The notes under the pieces: model-generated
Seen by the model: only the letters and a program-made list of their open reading frames with translations
The model's database searches: none
Told to the model about the DNA's origin: nothing
In this document: one piece after another, positions 8,581 to 17,745 of the stretch
Position numbering within the stretch: position 1 is the first letter of the stretch
How the letters are laid out: every line of letters begins with the position of its first letter
Program-made: the position numbers and the translations under genes
DNA from: Promethearchaeota archaeon
GTDB lineage: Archaea > Asgardarchaeota > Lokiarchaeia > Sigyniarchaeales > SOKP01
Reading direction: 5' to 3'
Assembly (NCBI GenBank): GCA_016839705.1
Contig: JAEOTR010000060.1
Coordinates: forward strand, 32,001-96,000
Length of the DNA: 64,000 bases

Positions 8581-9996
8581 GTGGTAAAGAAAATGACAGA
8601 TTATTTTAAAGCAAGGATAAATTTAGAGCCCAGTGAGGTTCCAAAGGAATGGATAAATATTGTACCCGATTTACCAACTCCTATGACTCCTTTGGTTAAC
8701 CCAATGGATGGAAAACCTGCACCACCGGAAATGGCGTTTGCAATTTTTCCCAAAGAGTGTGTGTTGCAAGAAGTATCACAAGAAAGAACAATTCCTATCC
8801 CAAATGAGTTAAGAGAGATTTATGCTAAATCTTATAGACCTACACCTCTCCATCGCGCCTTAAGGTTGGAACGGGAGTTAGGAACAGAAGGAGATGACAT
8901 TAAAATTTTTTATAAGAATGAATCAACATCTCCTACAGGATCACATAAACCAAACACTGCTATAGCTCAAGCATATTATGCCAAGAAAGACGGACTAGAA
9001 GAGCTAGTTACAGAAACAGGTGCGGGACAATGGGGTTCAGGTTTAGCATACGGGTGTAATTTATTTGACATCAAATGTACTGTGTACATGGTAAGAGCAA
9101 GTTTTACACAAAAACCAGGAAGAAAAATCTTAATGAGATGCTATAATGCTGAAGTTCATGCAAGCCCTTCGAGATTTACAGAATCAGGAAAATTATTTTT
9201 AGAAAAAGATCCAGATCATCCTGGAAGCCTAGGAATTGCAATCTCTGAAGCTATTGAACATAGTATGAGTAGTGATAAAATAAGGTATTCTTTAGGAAGT
9301 GTTGTAAATTTTGTGCTTTTACATCAAACCGTTATTGGACAAGAAGCAAAGATACAATTAAATAAAGCGGGGATCAAAGATCCTGATATAGTCATTGGTT
9401 GTATGGGAGGCGGATCTAACTTCGCTGGGTTAATGATTCCTTTCGCCAGAGACAAATTAACTGGAGCTAATTCAGAAATAGAGATCATCGGAGTAGAGCC
9501 ACGAGCCTGTCCAAGTGTTTGCAAAGGACAATATCGTTGGGATTTTGGGGATACAGCAATGAAAGGACCTATAGCAAAAATGCATACTTTAGGTCATACA
9601 TTTATTCCTAGCCCAATACATGCAGGGGGATTAAGGTATCACGGAATGGCTCCGATTGTTTCAATTTTAAACAACAATAAGGTAATCTCAGCAACAATGC
9701 ATCATCAAACGGAAGTTATAAAAGCTGGAATTCAATTTGCTAAAACGGAAGGGATTCTTCCTGCTCCTGAAACTGCTCATGCCATAAAAGAAGTCATCGA
9801 TCAAGCCATAAAAGCCAAGGAAAACAACGAAAAGAAGGTAATACTCTTTAACTTTAGCGGTCATGGATATTTTGATTTACTAGCTTATAAAGAATATATG
9901 ACAGGTGCATTAGAAGATTACGAATTACCTACTGAAAGCATTAAAAAAGCTCTAGAGTCAGAAGAAATGCCAAAAATCGATGAATCACAGTTTTAA
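8581..9996 (+). CDS. trpB2: tryptophan synthase beta chain, TrpB2 type (stand-alone)
   Basis: YRPTPL, PLP lysine motif SPTGSHKPNTA, TETGAGQWG, GGGSNF, HAGGLRYHG, NFSGHG; long N-terminal extension; no trpA adjacent. Start may be ATG 8593. Confidence 0.95.
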   Translation: MVKKMTDYFKARINLEPSEVPKEWINIVPDLPTPMTPLVNPMDGKPAPPEMAFAIFPKECVLQEVSQERTIPIPNELREIYAKSYRPTPLHRALRLERELGTEGDDIKIFYKNESTSPTGSHKPNTAIAQAYYAKKDGLEELVTETGAGQWGSGLAYGCNLFDIKCTVYMVRASFTQKPGRKILMRCYNAEVHASPSRFTESGKLFLEKDPDHPGSLGIAISEAIEHSMSSDKIRYSLGSVVNFVLLHQTVIGQEAKIQLNKAGIKDPDIVIGCMGGGSNFAGLMIPFARDKLTGANSEIEIIGVEPRACPSVCKGQYRWDFGDTAMKGPIAKMHTLGHTFIPSPIHAGGLRYHGMAPIVSILNNNKVISATMHHQTEVIKAGIQFAKTEGILPAPETAHAIKEVIDQAIKAKENNEKKVILFNFSGHGYFDLLAYKEYMTGALEDYELPTESIKKALESEEMPKIDESQF

Positions 9997-10008
9997 TACA
10001 ATATTTAC

Positions 10009-10030
10009 TTTTTTTTTATTATTTTTATTA
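10009..10030 (+). terminator. T-rich terminator after trpB2
   Basis: T9 followed by further T runs just after the stop codon. Confidence 0.5.
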
Positions 10031-10099
10031 ATTCTTGATATAGAGAAAATCTTAAAATTTAGGGATGCTTTAAATATTAAAATTTTATGAGTTTGGTAA

Positions 10100-11170
10100 T
10101 TGATGAATATAACTTCGGTTATAATTATATGTTTACTCTATTTTTATGGCTTATTTCTGCTTTATGTCACTTATCTGACAAAAAAGAAAGGCGATAAAGG
10201 AGCTTTCATTAATAATGCAGCAAATTCTATAGTTTTCATTATTTCAATTACAATTAATTTAATTCTAATTAACATTATAAATCCCCTCAGTGCTTATTTT
10301 GTTGCTTTTCCGTTTGATTTTTTAATGCTAGGATTTGTTATTGTATATATTCCTATTTTTTATATTCTAGTAATTAAAGAAAAGAGGAACATAAATAAAG
10401 GAAAGAGCTCAGTAGAAGAATTTACTCCTAGAACGAAAGATCTCCCATTAAAATATGATATTTATCGAAAATTAACTCATTTAATCGTTCTTGGAATAAT
10501 TTTTTTCTATTTTACTCTCGGATTTTTAATTCAAAATTTTTTCATTTATATTTTAGATTTTTTACCAAGTTTCTTTATTGGAATGTTTGATATAGGTGAT
10601 GATATAATGGTTTTTACCCAAAACTTAGTTGTTTTCTTAGTTGGTGTATCTTTAATCGGATTATTAACAGCAGACTTTACCAGAATTTTAAAACCAACGT
10701 ACTACCCTTTAAAAGCTGTAAACCAAATATTGAAGAAAAAAGAATTACATATGAGATTGGGACCTCATATCTCTATGAGCATTGGTTGTTTTTCAATAAT
10801 TCTACTTTATGGATTGTTTCAACCTATTGGTCCGCTGATAATTTGTACATCAATGGCTATGGCGGTATTTGGAGATACTTCATCTAATTTGATTGGTAGG
10901 GTAATTGGAAGGAAAAAAATCCGCGATACAAGTAAAACATATGAAGGATTAATTGCTGGAATTATTGTTGCCTTCGTCTTCGGGGTGATAGTTTTAATCT
11001 TATTGCACAATTTTTATTTGCCTAGAAATTTAGGATTAATTTTTATTCCATTAATAGGTGCTATTATTATTGGTTTGATTGATTACTTAGATCTAGAAAT
11101 TGATGATAACCTCTCTTATACTTGTGTCCTTTCGATGTTATTATTTTTTAGTGCCATTTTGCTATTCTAA
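10100..11170 (+). CDS. CTP-dependent dolichol/phytol/diacylglycerol kinase family membrane protein
   Basis: YRKLTHL, FGDTSSNLIGRVIG..K..KTYEG and DDN motifs; multi-TM. Confidence 0.8.
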   Translation: MMNITSVIIICLLYFYGLFLLYVTYLTKKKGDKGAFINNAANSIVFIISITINLILINIINPLSAYFVAFPFDFLMLGFVIVYIPIFYILVIKEKRNINKGKSSVEEFTPRTKDLPLKYDIYRKLTHLIVLGIIFFYFTLGFLIQNFFIYILDFLPSFFIGMFDIGDDIMVFTQNLVVFLVGVSLIGLLTADFTRILKPTYYPLKAVNQILKKKELHMRLGPHISMSIGCFSIILLYGLFQPIGPLIICTSMAMAVFGDTSSNLIGRVIGRKKIRDTSKTYEGLIAGIIVAFVFGVIVLILLHNFYLPRNLGLIFIPLIGAIIIGLIDYLDLEIDDNLSYTCVLSMLLFFSAILLF

Positions 11171-11227
11171 ACCAATGTAATTAACTTCGAATTAACAAAA
11201 CCTTTTTCAATTAAGCTGATTTAAATT

Positions 11228-11740
11228 ATGAAAATGATGGAAGAAAAATTAAAAATAGTAAAAATTACCAAAGGAACCGTAATCGATCATATTGACGCGG
11301 GTTATGCTTTAACAATTCTAAATTTAACTGGTCTTGATGAGGTTAAAAATTTAATAACTATAGGAGTTAATGTCTCCTCTAAAAAATATAATACAAAAGA
11401 TATCATCAAGATCGAGAACGTTTTTTTAAATGAAACTCAAATGCAACAAATTTCAATACTCTCACCAAATGCTACTATATCTCTAATTGAAGAGAATAAT
11501 GTAATTGAAAAAAAAAAAGTAGAATTACCAAAAATAATTAAAAAACTGATACTATGTGTTAATCAAACCTGTATTTCAAATTCTGAAAAAGAACCGATCG
11601 ATACAGAATTTTTAGTTTTAGAAGAGAAACCATTAAAAATACAGTGTATCTATTGTGAACGTATTTATAAATTAGAAGAAATAGTATTTACATCCAAAGA
11701 AAAAAAGGAAAAAATTGTAAAACAGAGAATTCTCTTGTAA
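11228..11740 (+). CDS. pyrI: aspartate carbamoyltransferase regulatory chain
   Basis: GTVIDHI, KDIIKIE, Zn ligands CVNQTC and CIYC. Confidence 0.95.
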   Translation: MKMMEEKLKIVKITKGTVIDHIDAGYALTILNLTGLDEVKNLITIGVNVSSKKYNTKDIIKIENVFLNETQMQQISILSPNATISLIEENNVIEKKKVELPKIIKKLILCVNQTCISNSEKEPIDTEFLVLEEKPLKIQCIYCERIYKLEEIVFTSKEKKEKIVKQRILL

Positions 11741-11755
11741 TGAAATTCTTAGAGC

Positions 11756-12208
11756 TTAATAGATAAATAACTCTAATATTGAAGAGAAATCCTGGATAAA
11801 AAAAAGGATAGTGTGAGTAAAAACACCACAAATCATAAACATAAAGAAAAATATACCTATCCCCGGTAAAATAATCCTTTTCCAGTTCCATTCTTCTTTA
11901 TCATATTCATATTTTAAAATGAAAAAGCTTACGATAAAAGGAAAGAGAAACCACCATATTAACATCCATAAAAATAAAAACCATCCAATTAAACCAAAAA
12001 TCAATCTTCCAATAATAGCGCTTGAAGCACCAGTTATCGCTCTTATCCAGTAAAGTTTTGTTTCTTTTTCTAATCGGAGATCTAAATCTGTTGCAGGAGT
12101 TTTTACTGCTTTTTCGCCCGTAGCGTTTTTTTTTTTATATTCTTTCTCTTTTTCCTTTATTAATTTTTGCCTTCTTTTTCTAATATCCACTTTCCTACGC
12201 TTTCCCAT
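11756..12208 (-). CDS. EMC6/Rab5ip-like membrane protein
   Basis: Likely start ATG 12208 (MGKRRK), which avoids overlap with rqc2; basic N-terminus then YWIRAITGASSAIIG..FGLIG..F and W.R....GIGIFF.MF three-TM pattern resembling EMC6. Confidence 0.6.
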   Translation of the reverse strand: MGKRRKVDIRKRRQKLIKEKEKEYKKKNATGEKAVKTPATDLDLRLEKETKLYWIRAITGASSAIIGRLIFGLIGWFLFLWMLIWWFLFPFIVSFFILKYEYDKEEWNWKRIILPGIGIFFFMFMICGVFTHTILFFIQDFSSILELFIY

Positions 12209-12278
12209 ATTACTAATATAAATATTATTTACTATAAAAATAATTATATATCTTGATAAACTAAAAACTAGACAAATA

Positions 12279-14333
12279 ATGATGAAAATAGCTAAAGAAT
12301 TCTCTAATTTCGATGTTTTCGCCATAGTAAAAGAATTAGATACGATCCTAACAGACGGTTCGATTTCTAATATTTACGAAGTTAAAGATTTACTCATCTT
12401 AAAAATAAGTACAAATTTTGGGAAAAAAAATTTAATTATTAAAAAAGATTCTCGGATTAATTTAACTGAATTTGATTATCCGATACCAGATTATCCCAAC
12501 CAGTATATTAGAAGTTTAAGAAAGCTGCTCAAAAATAGAAGAATACTTAACGTCACTCAATATAAATTCGATAGAATTATAATAATAGAATTAACCAATA
12601 GAGAAGATGGATCATGGAAATTCATAATTGAATTGTTTAATAAAGGGAATTTTTTACTTTTAGATCAAAATAATTCCATCATTATCGCAAAAAGATATCG
12701 GAAATTTAAAGATCGAAGCATTCTTCCAAAAAAAGAGTACATTTTTCCTAAATCCAATGAAAAAGATTTCTTTACTTTAAATAAAGAAGATTTTAAAGCC
12801 TTTTTTGAAAATTCTGAAAATGAAATTGTAAGAGAAATATCAAGAAAATTAAAACTCTCTGGATTATATAGCGAGGAAATATGTTTTAGAGCAAACGTAA
12901 ACAAAAAAGAACTCGGTAAAAATCTGAACGATGATCACTTCACTAAATTATATGAATCATTTAAAAAAATAAGAAATGAAATGATGTTTGGTTTAGTTAA
13001 AGCTTATATAGTTTTTAACGAACAAGAAGATGAAGTTGCTGTTTTGCCATTCGAAATAGAGATTTTTAGAGATTACAAAAGAAAAGAATTTTCTTCCTTT
13101 AATGAAGCGGTTGATGAATTTTATTCTAAGATTGATTATGAATCAATAAAAAGCCCAAAAGATAAGAAGATTAAAAAAATGATTAAAGATCAGCAAAAAA
13201 TAATAGTAAATCAACAAGATTATCTCGAAGAACTTAAACTAAAAAAGAAGAAGTATTACGAATTAGGGGATTTTCTTTATAAAAATTTCAATAAGTTTGA
13301 AAAGTTACTTTCAGTAATACTAGATGCGAGAAATAAAGGATACCCTTGGAAAGAAATAAATGACAAATTGATAACAGCTAGGAATGAAAAATTAGATGAT
13401 GCAGAGTTTTTTGATAGAATTACCCCCTCTACAAACCAACTCTTAATTAATATAAATAATGATAAGGTAAATTTAGATTTAAGAAAATCGCTTGGAGAAA
13501 ATATAAATTTAATATATTCTAAGGGGAAAAAAGCTGAAAAGAAAATAAAAGGAACTGTTTCAGCAATCAAGAAAACCAATGATAAAATCATCAAACTTAC
13601 ACTTGAAAAGGAATCTTTGGAAATGGGGATTGATTTTCTTGTTAAAAAACCGAAGAAAAAATGGTATGAAAAATTTAGATCGTTTCACTCCTCAGAGGGA
13701 TTTCTAATTATAGGAGGGAGAGATGCTGCTACTAATGAAATTATTTTCAAGAAATATTTAGAACCTTCTGATTTAGTATTTCACACAAATTTTCCCGGTT
13801 CACCTTTGGTTGTAATTAAGAATCCTGAAAATAAAGAAATTACATCAATTACGATTAAAGAAACCGCAGAATTTGTAGCTAGTTTTTCCCGAGCTTGGAA
13901 AGAAAATTGGGGTGTGGTTGATACATTTTATGTGAATCCAGACCAAATTTCAAGATCACCCCCAACAGGGGAATATTTACAAAAAGGATCATTTATAATA
14001 ACCGGGAAAAAGAACTTTATAAAGAATGTAAAAACTGAACTTACTATTGGCTTACTTCTTGTTGAACTAAATGTAGGAGAAAGCAACCAAAATAAAGGCT
14101 ATTTTCCTACAATCATTTGTGGTCCAGAAACTGCAATCAAAAAACAAGCAAATAATACTATAACAATAGTACCCTCCAAATCTAATGGTTTAACAAAAGG
14201 AAAATTAGCTAAAGAATTAAAATCTCATTTTATTAGAGATATTGATAAAGATTTGAAGAAATGGTTAGAATTATTATCTCTAGATGAGTTATTATTATAC
14301 CTTCCGAATGGATTTTCTATGATTAAACCGTAA
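12279..14333 (+). CDS. rqcH: ribosome quality control protein Rqc2/NEMF (NFACT family)
   Basis: FSNFDV, LRK.L, FDRII, ELFNKGN, KWYEKF, GGRDAATNE, GEYL.KGSF. Confidence 0.92.
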   Translation: MMKIAKEFSNFDVFAIVKELDTILTDGSISNIYEVKDLLILKISTNFGKKNLIIKKDSRINLTEFDYPIPDYPNQYIRSLRKLLKNRRILNVTQYKFDRIIIIELTNREDGSWKFIIELFNKGNFLLLDQNNSIIIAKRYRKFKDRSILPKKEYIFPKSNEKDFFTLNKEDFKAFFENSENEIVREISRKLKLSGLYSEEICFRANVNKKELGKNLNDDHFTKLYESFKKIRNEMMFGLVKAYIVFNEQEDEVAVLPFEIEIFRDYKRKEFSSFNEAVDEFYSKIDYESIKSPKDKKIKKMIKDQQKIIVNQQDYLEELKLKKKKYYELGDFLYKNFNKFEKLLSVILDARNKGYPWKEINDKLITARNEKLDDAEFFDRITPSTNQLLININNDKVNLDLRKSLGENINLIYSKGKKAEKKIKGTVSAIKKTNDKIIKLTLEKESLEMGIDFLVKKPKKKWYEKFRSFHSSEGFLIIGGRDAATNEIIFKKYLEPSDLVFHTNFPGSPLVVIKNPENKEITSITIKETAEFVASFSRAWKENWGVVDTFYVNPDQISRSPPTGEYLQKGSFIITGKKNFIKNVKTELTIGLLLVELNVGESNQNKGYFPTIICGPETAIKKQANNTITIVPSKSNGLTKGKLAKELKSHFIRDIDKDLKKWLELLSLDELLLYLPNGFSMIKP

Positions 14334-14335
14334 AA

Positions 14336-15073
14336 TTAAGGAAAATTCTCTCTTATCTTCTTGATATTCTTATAATCATCAAATAAAATACCATCAATTC
14401 CTTGACTGATTAAGGACTTTATTTTGTTTAAAGGGTGTTCATAACTTAGAAATTCCCAAGATAGAACCAAAATTTCATTTGCATGGCATTTTTCAATGAA
14501 TTTCTCTGATACTAAATCCGACTTTAAATTTATCATATTAAATTTGAACCTTTTTTTAACCTCCAATCCCATTTTCAAAAATTCTGGTAAGGATAAACCG
14601 ATACCTTTTGTAATATTAAAGCAGATTTTAATTCGTGGATTTTCATTTTTTATCTTTAATAAAACATGCAAATGTCTTCCGCTAATAACCGTATCCTCCA
14701 ATAAATTTTTTTCTTTAATAACTTCTACAATATCATCTACCAAACCTTCTTCTTTTAAATCAATCATAAAATATGATTTACTTTTAAATTCGTTTAAAAT
14801 ATCTGTTAATAAAGGAATAGTGCTTCTATGAATAACCGTCTTAAAAGCGTTAATTTTCTTATAAGTAAAATCCTTTATGTACCCTGATCCATTAGTAGTT
14901 CTGTTTAAATTAGAATCATGGAATACTACTAACTTCCCATCTTTAGTTTTCCGAACATCAACCTCAATATAGTTTGCCCCATATTCTATAGCTTTTTTAA
15001 AAGCTAAAATCGTATTCTCATCAAAATCTCTTCTAGTTCCTCGATGTCCAATGAAAAGAAAGTTATTAATCAT
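14336..15073 (-). CDS. glycerophosphodiester phosphodiesterase
   Basis: IGHRG, ENTILAF, IEVDV..TKDG..VVFHD. Confidence 0.92.
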   Translation of the reverse strand: MINNFLFIGHRGTRRDFDENTILAFKKAIEYGANYIEVDVRKTKDGKLVVFHDSNLNRTTNGSGYIKDFTYKKINAFKTVIHRSTIPLLTDILNEFKSKSYFMIDLKEEGLVDDIVEVIKEKNLLEDTVISGRHLHVLLKIKNENPRIKICFNITKGIGLSLPEFLKMGLEVKKRFKFNMINLKSDLVSEKFIEKCHANEILVLSWEFLSYEHPLNKIKSLISQGIDGILFDDYKNIKKIRENFP

Positions 15074-15085
15074 TTTATTGATATA

Positions 15086-15502
15086 TTATATTTCCTGGAC
15101 CAGATATAAATAAATTAGAATTAATAAAAGTCCTAAAAAAGTAAAAATAAAAACTATGTAATTTAATATTGTCTGTCCTAAAGAAAGAATGAAAAGTAAC
15201 AGTAGTTCTTTCCAATCTAATGGTTTTCCTGCCATTTCCTTATAATTTCCAATGCTTATCATCATGAATAGGAAAAATAGGAGGATAACAATAACTTTTA
15301 TTAAAATATCTATAATATTAGAAAAGAGATTTATTCCTACAAAAATTGAAATTATTTCTAAATTAAATAAGATTGAAATTACAAAAAAGATTAAACCGAG
15401 AACACAAGAAATCACTACTGTTCTAAAGGCAAATTTATCCTCAGATATTCTTTTCGATTTTGATTTCTGGTCTTTAGTTTGAACCTTAGGGATTTTTGAC
15501 AT
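15086..15502 (-). CDS. hypothetical membrane protein
   Basis: 138 aa, 3-4 TM segments, abuts the upstream gene. Confidence 0.7.
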   Translation of the reverse strand: MSKIPKVQTKDQKSKSKRISEDKFAFRTVVISCVLGLIFFVISILFNLEIISIFVGINLFSNIIDILIKVIVILLFFLFMMISIGNYKEMAGKPLDWKELLLLFILSLGQTILNYIVFIFTFLGLLLILIYLYLVQEI

Positions 15503-15503
15503 A

Positions 15504-16304
15504 TTAAGTTCTTAATCTTTCCATTTTTTCTTTTAATTTGAATAATTTGTAGATATAATACCCAGAGAGAATTCCAATAATACTAAAAACGATGATTGAT
15601 AAAACTTTAAGGATAAGATCAATAAGTAATAGCTCTCCTATTGGGGGGTTAATTATGTTAATAATGATTATCTCACTTTTTATAATCCCATCGGGATATG
15701 AAGGTGTTTTCCCGTAAGTAATATTGAATGCGTAACTACTTTCATCCTCTAGTATTGCATCTTCTTCATATCCGTCTGCTATTGGTTGATTAATCATGAT
15801 AGAAAATTCATAAATAGAAACTTTTCCATTCAATTTCCCTGCTCCTTCACCATGATAAATAGTGTCGTTTAAAAATAAACTATTATTAATAAAATAATCA
15901 AGATAAATGAAATCGTTAGTATTTATATTTAAAAATTGAACTATTTTCGCATCGATAAAATCTTCTTGATTTTCCAAAGAACTATTGGAAATTAAAAGAC
16001 CAACAAATTCCGTGGAATTGTGAGCGCTTAATTCTAAATCAACTTGAATAGAGATAAAAAGATTTGATTTATCTTGCATAACCCATAGATCTATTGGTAA
16101 ATCTGTCAAATTGATCTGTGTTTTAAAGGCTTTTTTCCATTCACCAACAGAATCATCAATATCACCGTCAATAATCGGAGCTTTTCCATATTCCGCATCA
16201 ATTTCCTCAACAGCACCATAACTATTGATAATGAATAAAGATGAAATTAGTAAAAAATTAATTATTAAAATCCCGCTTAATATCGAATAACCTATTTTTT
16301 TCAA
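15504..16304 (-). CDS. surface protein with signal/TM anchor, CBM9/DOMON-like domain and C-terminal TM
   Basis: N-terminal hydrophobic segment, APIIDGDIDD...EW motif, several N-X-S/T sequons, C-terminal TM plus basic tail. Confidence 0.6.
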   Translation of the reverse strand: MKKIGYSILSGILIINFLLISSLFIINSYGAVEEIDAEYGKAPIIDGDIDDSVGEWKKAFKTQINLTDLPIDLWVMQDKSNLFISIQVDLELSAHNSTEFVGLLISNSSLENQEDFIDAKIVQFLNINTNDFIYLDYFINNSLFLNDTIYHGEGAGKLNGKVSIYEFSIMINQPIADGYEEDAILEDESSYAFNITYGKTPSYPDGIIKSEIIIINIINPPIGELLLIDLILKVLSIIVFSIIGILSGYYIYKLFKLKEKMERLRT

Positions 16305-16465
16305 AATAAATAATTATTGCTTGTATAGTTTTGTTGAATATTAAAAGTGATAATTAAAATTTAATTTAATATTTTTCCTTACTTTTTTCAATAAAAATTC
16401 AATATTTAACAAAATCCAAAGTAGGAAATAAGAAAAAAATAATATGAATCTAAATTTCCTTTGAA

Positions 16466-16915
16466 TCAATTTAGATCTTTAGGTAAGAAAACAATACAAT
16501 TGAACTTATTCAAATAAGTAATGATATAATTAACCAAACGCTTAATTTCCCGTTTTGCTTCAGTTAAATTTTTGTTGTTATATTCAGCAAAACTTTTTGG
16601 GCCTATTGCGATGAGCGCACCACTTAAATCTTTTTCCCTCTTGATAAAAAGCCAAAACGGCATCATTTTTTCATTATCTTTAATAATTAGGAGCATCCAA
16701 GGATTTAGAGTCCAATCAGTTTCATCCGGACCTAAAACCTTGTCTATTGCCTTATTCGTAAGATATTTTTTAGTCATCTTTATCGATTTAACAAGAGCAT
16801 TAAAAAAACCTCGTTTTATTTTTAAATACCCCCCAAAAAAAGGTTTCGCATCAAAAAGTTCAAGTTCTTTATCTGTCCCGTCTGAAAACTTTAAAAAAAC
16901 CTTCCAAATACTCAT
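16466..16915 (-). CDS. hypothetical protein
   Basis: 149-aa ORF with ATGA overlap to the upstream gene. Confidence 0.75.
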   Translation of the reverse strand: MSIWKVFLKFSDGTDKELELFDAKPFFGGYLKIKRGFFNALVKSIKMTKKYLTNKAIDKVLGPDETDWTLNPWMLLIIKDNEKMMPFWLFIKREKDLSGALIAIGPKSFAEYNNKNLTEAKREIKRLVNYIITYLNKFNCIVFLPKDLN

Positions 16916-17358
16916 GATTTAGATATTTTACTGCTTTGTAATCCAACTTCTTCAATTTTTACTTTTTTAAATATATTTTTTATCTTCTCAAACGAATTTT
17001 TTAATTCCTCACTTTTTTTCTCTGAAAATCTCAAATTTAAATAACACTCATAAACTAACTGGTTCTTTAACTTTAAAAATCCTGATGTGTGAATAATTTG
17101 AAATTTTTGTAGAATTTTCGAAATTTCTTTTAAAATCTTTTTTGATAGCTTTAAACTACACAAACTAACTTTAATAACTTTATCTTTATTTATTGGATAA
17201 ATTGCTAGTTTAATCGAATTTTCAATGAAAGATTGAACAATAAGGAGATATTCACAATCATTTATACTATTAAATGAAGTGATAGGAATTTCTAAATTTG
17301 CATAAGTAAATTCATTTATTTTTTGAATGTAAGCATTTGTTATGTTTGATTTCTCCAT
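16912..17358 (-). CDS. hypothetical protein (possible C-terminal ACT-like fold)
   Basis: 148-aa ORF; IIHTSGF...YECYL beta-alpha-beta pattern. Confidence 0.65.
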   Translation of the reverse strand: MEKSNITNAYIQKINEFTYANLEIPITSFNSINDCEYLLIVQSFIENSIKLAIYPINKDKVIKVSLCSLKLSKKILKEISKILQKFQIIHTSGFLKLKNQLVYECYLNLRFSEKKSEELKNSFEKIKNIFKKVKIEEVGLQSSKISKS

Positions 17359-17405
17359 TTTCTATTAAGCTGATATTTTTGATATTTTATTATTTTAGTC
17401 GTTTT

Positions 17406-17732
17406 TTATAAGAGTTTGTTTTCTTTTAAAGACTTAATTGTTCCAGAAGTCTTAATTGGGGATAAAATTACTCTTTTTCCATTAATTTCCTGTATGAGAG
17501 TTAAAGCAGTAATAATAATTTCTTTTGTTTCATGTGAACATCTAATAATCCCATAATTTTCCTCTAGATTGAGTTCTACTAGCCATAATCCAATTTTATT
17601 TGCACCTTTCATCCCAAAATACCTCCATATAGATTGCCATATAGTTTTTAAAATAATATTTTGATCAAAAAACAAATCTCTCTCTTTAATTATTTTAAAA
17701 TTAATATATCTCGATCTTTCATTTTTAACGAT
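17406..17732 (-). CDS. rnp2: RNase P protein Pop5/Rpp14 (probable ATC start)
   Basis: GIIRCSH and KTSGTIK motifs; the N-terminal ERSRYINF motif lies upstream of the ORF-track TTG; ATC 17732 follows a G6 SD-like run by 7 nt. Confidence 0.88.
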   Translation of the reverse strand: MVKNERSRYINFKIIKERDLFFDQNIILKTIWQSIWRYFGMKGANKIGLWLVELNLEENYGIIRCSHETKEIIITALTLIQEINGKRVILSPIKTSGTIKSLKENKLL

Positions 17733-17745
17733 TTTATATCCCCCC

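Noticed and set aside
12209-12325. N-terminal 39 aa of the ORF-track 189-aa protein
   Set aside because: Overlaps rqcH head-to-head; ATG 12208 is the more plausible start
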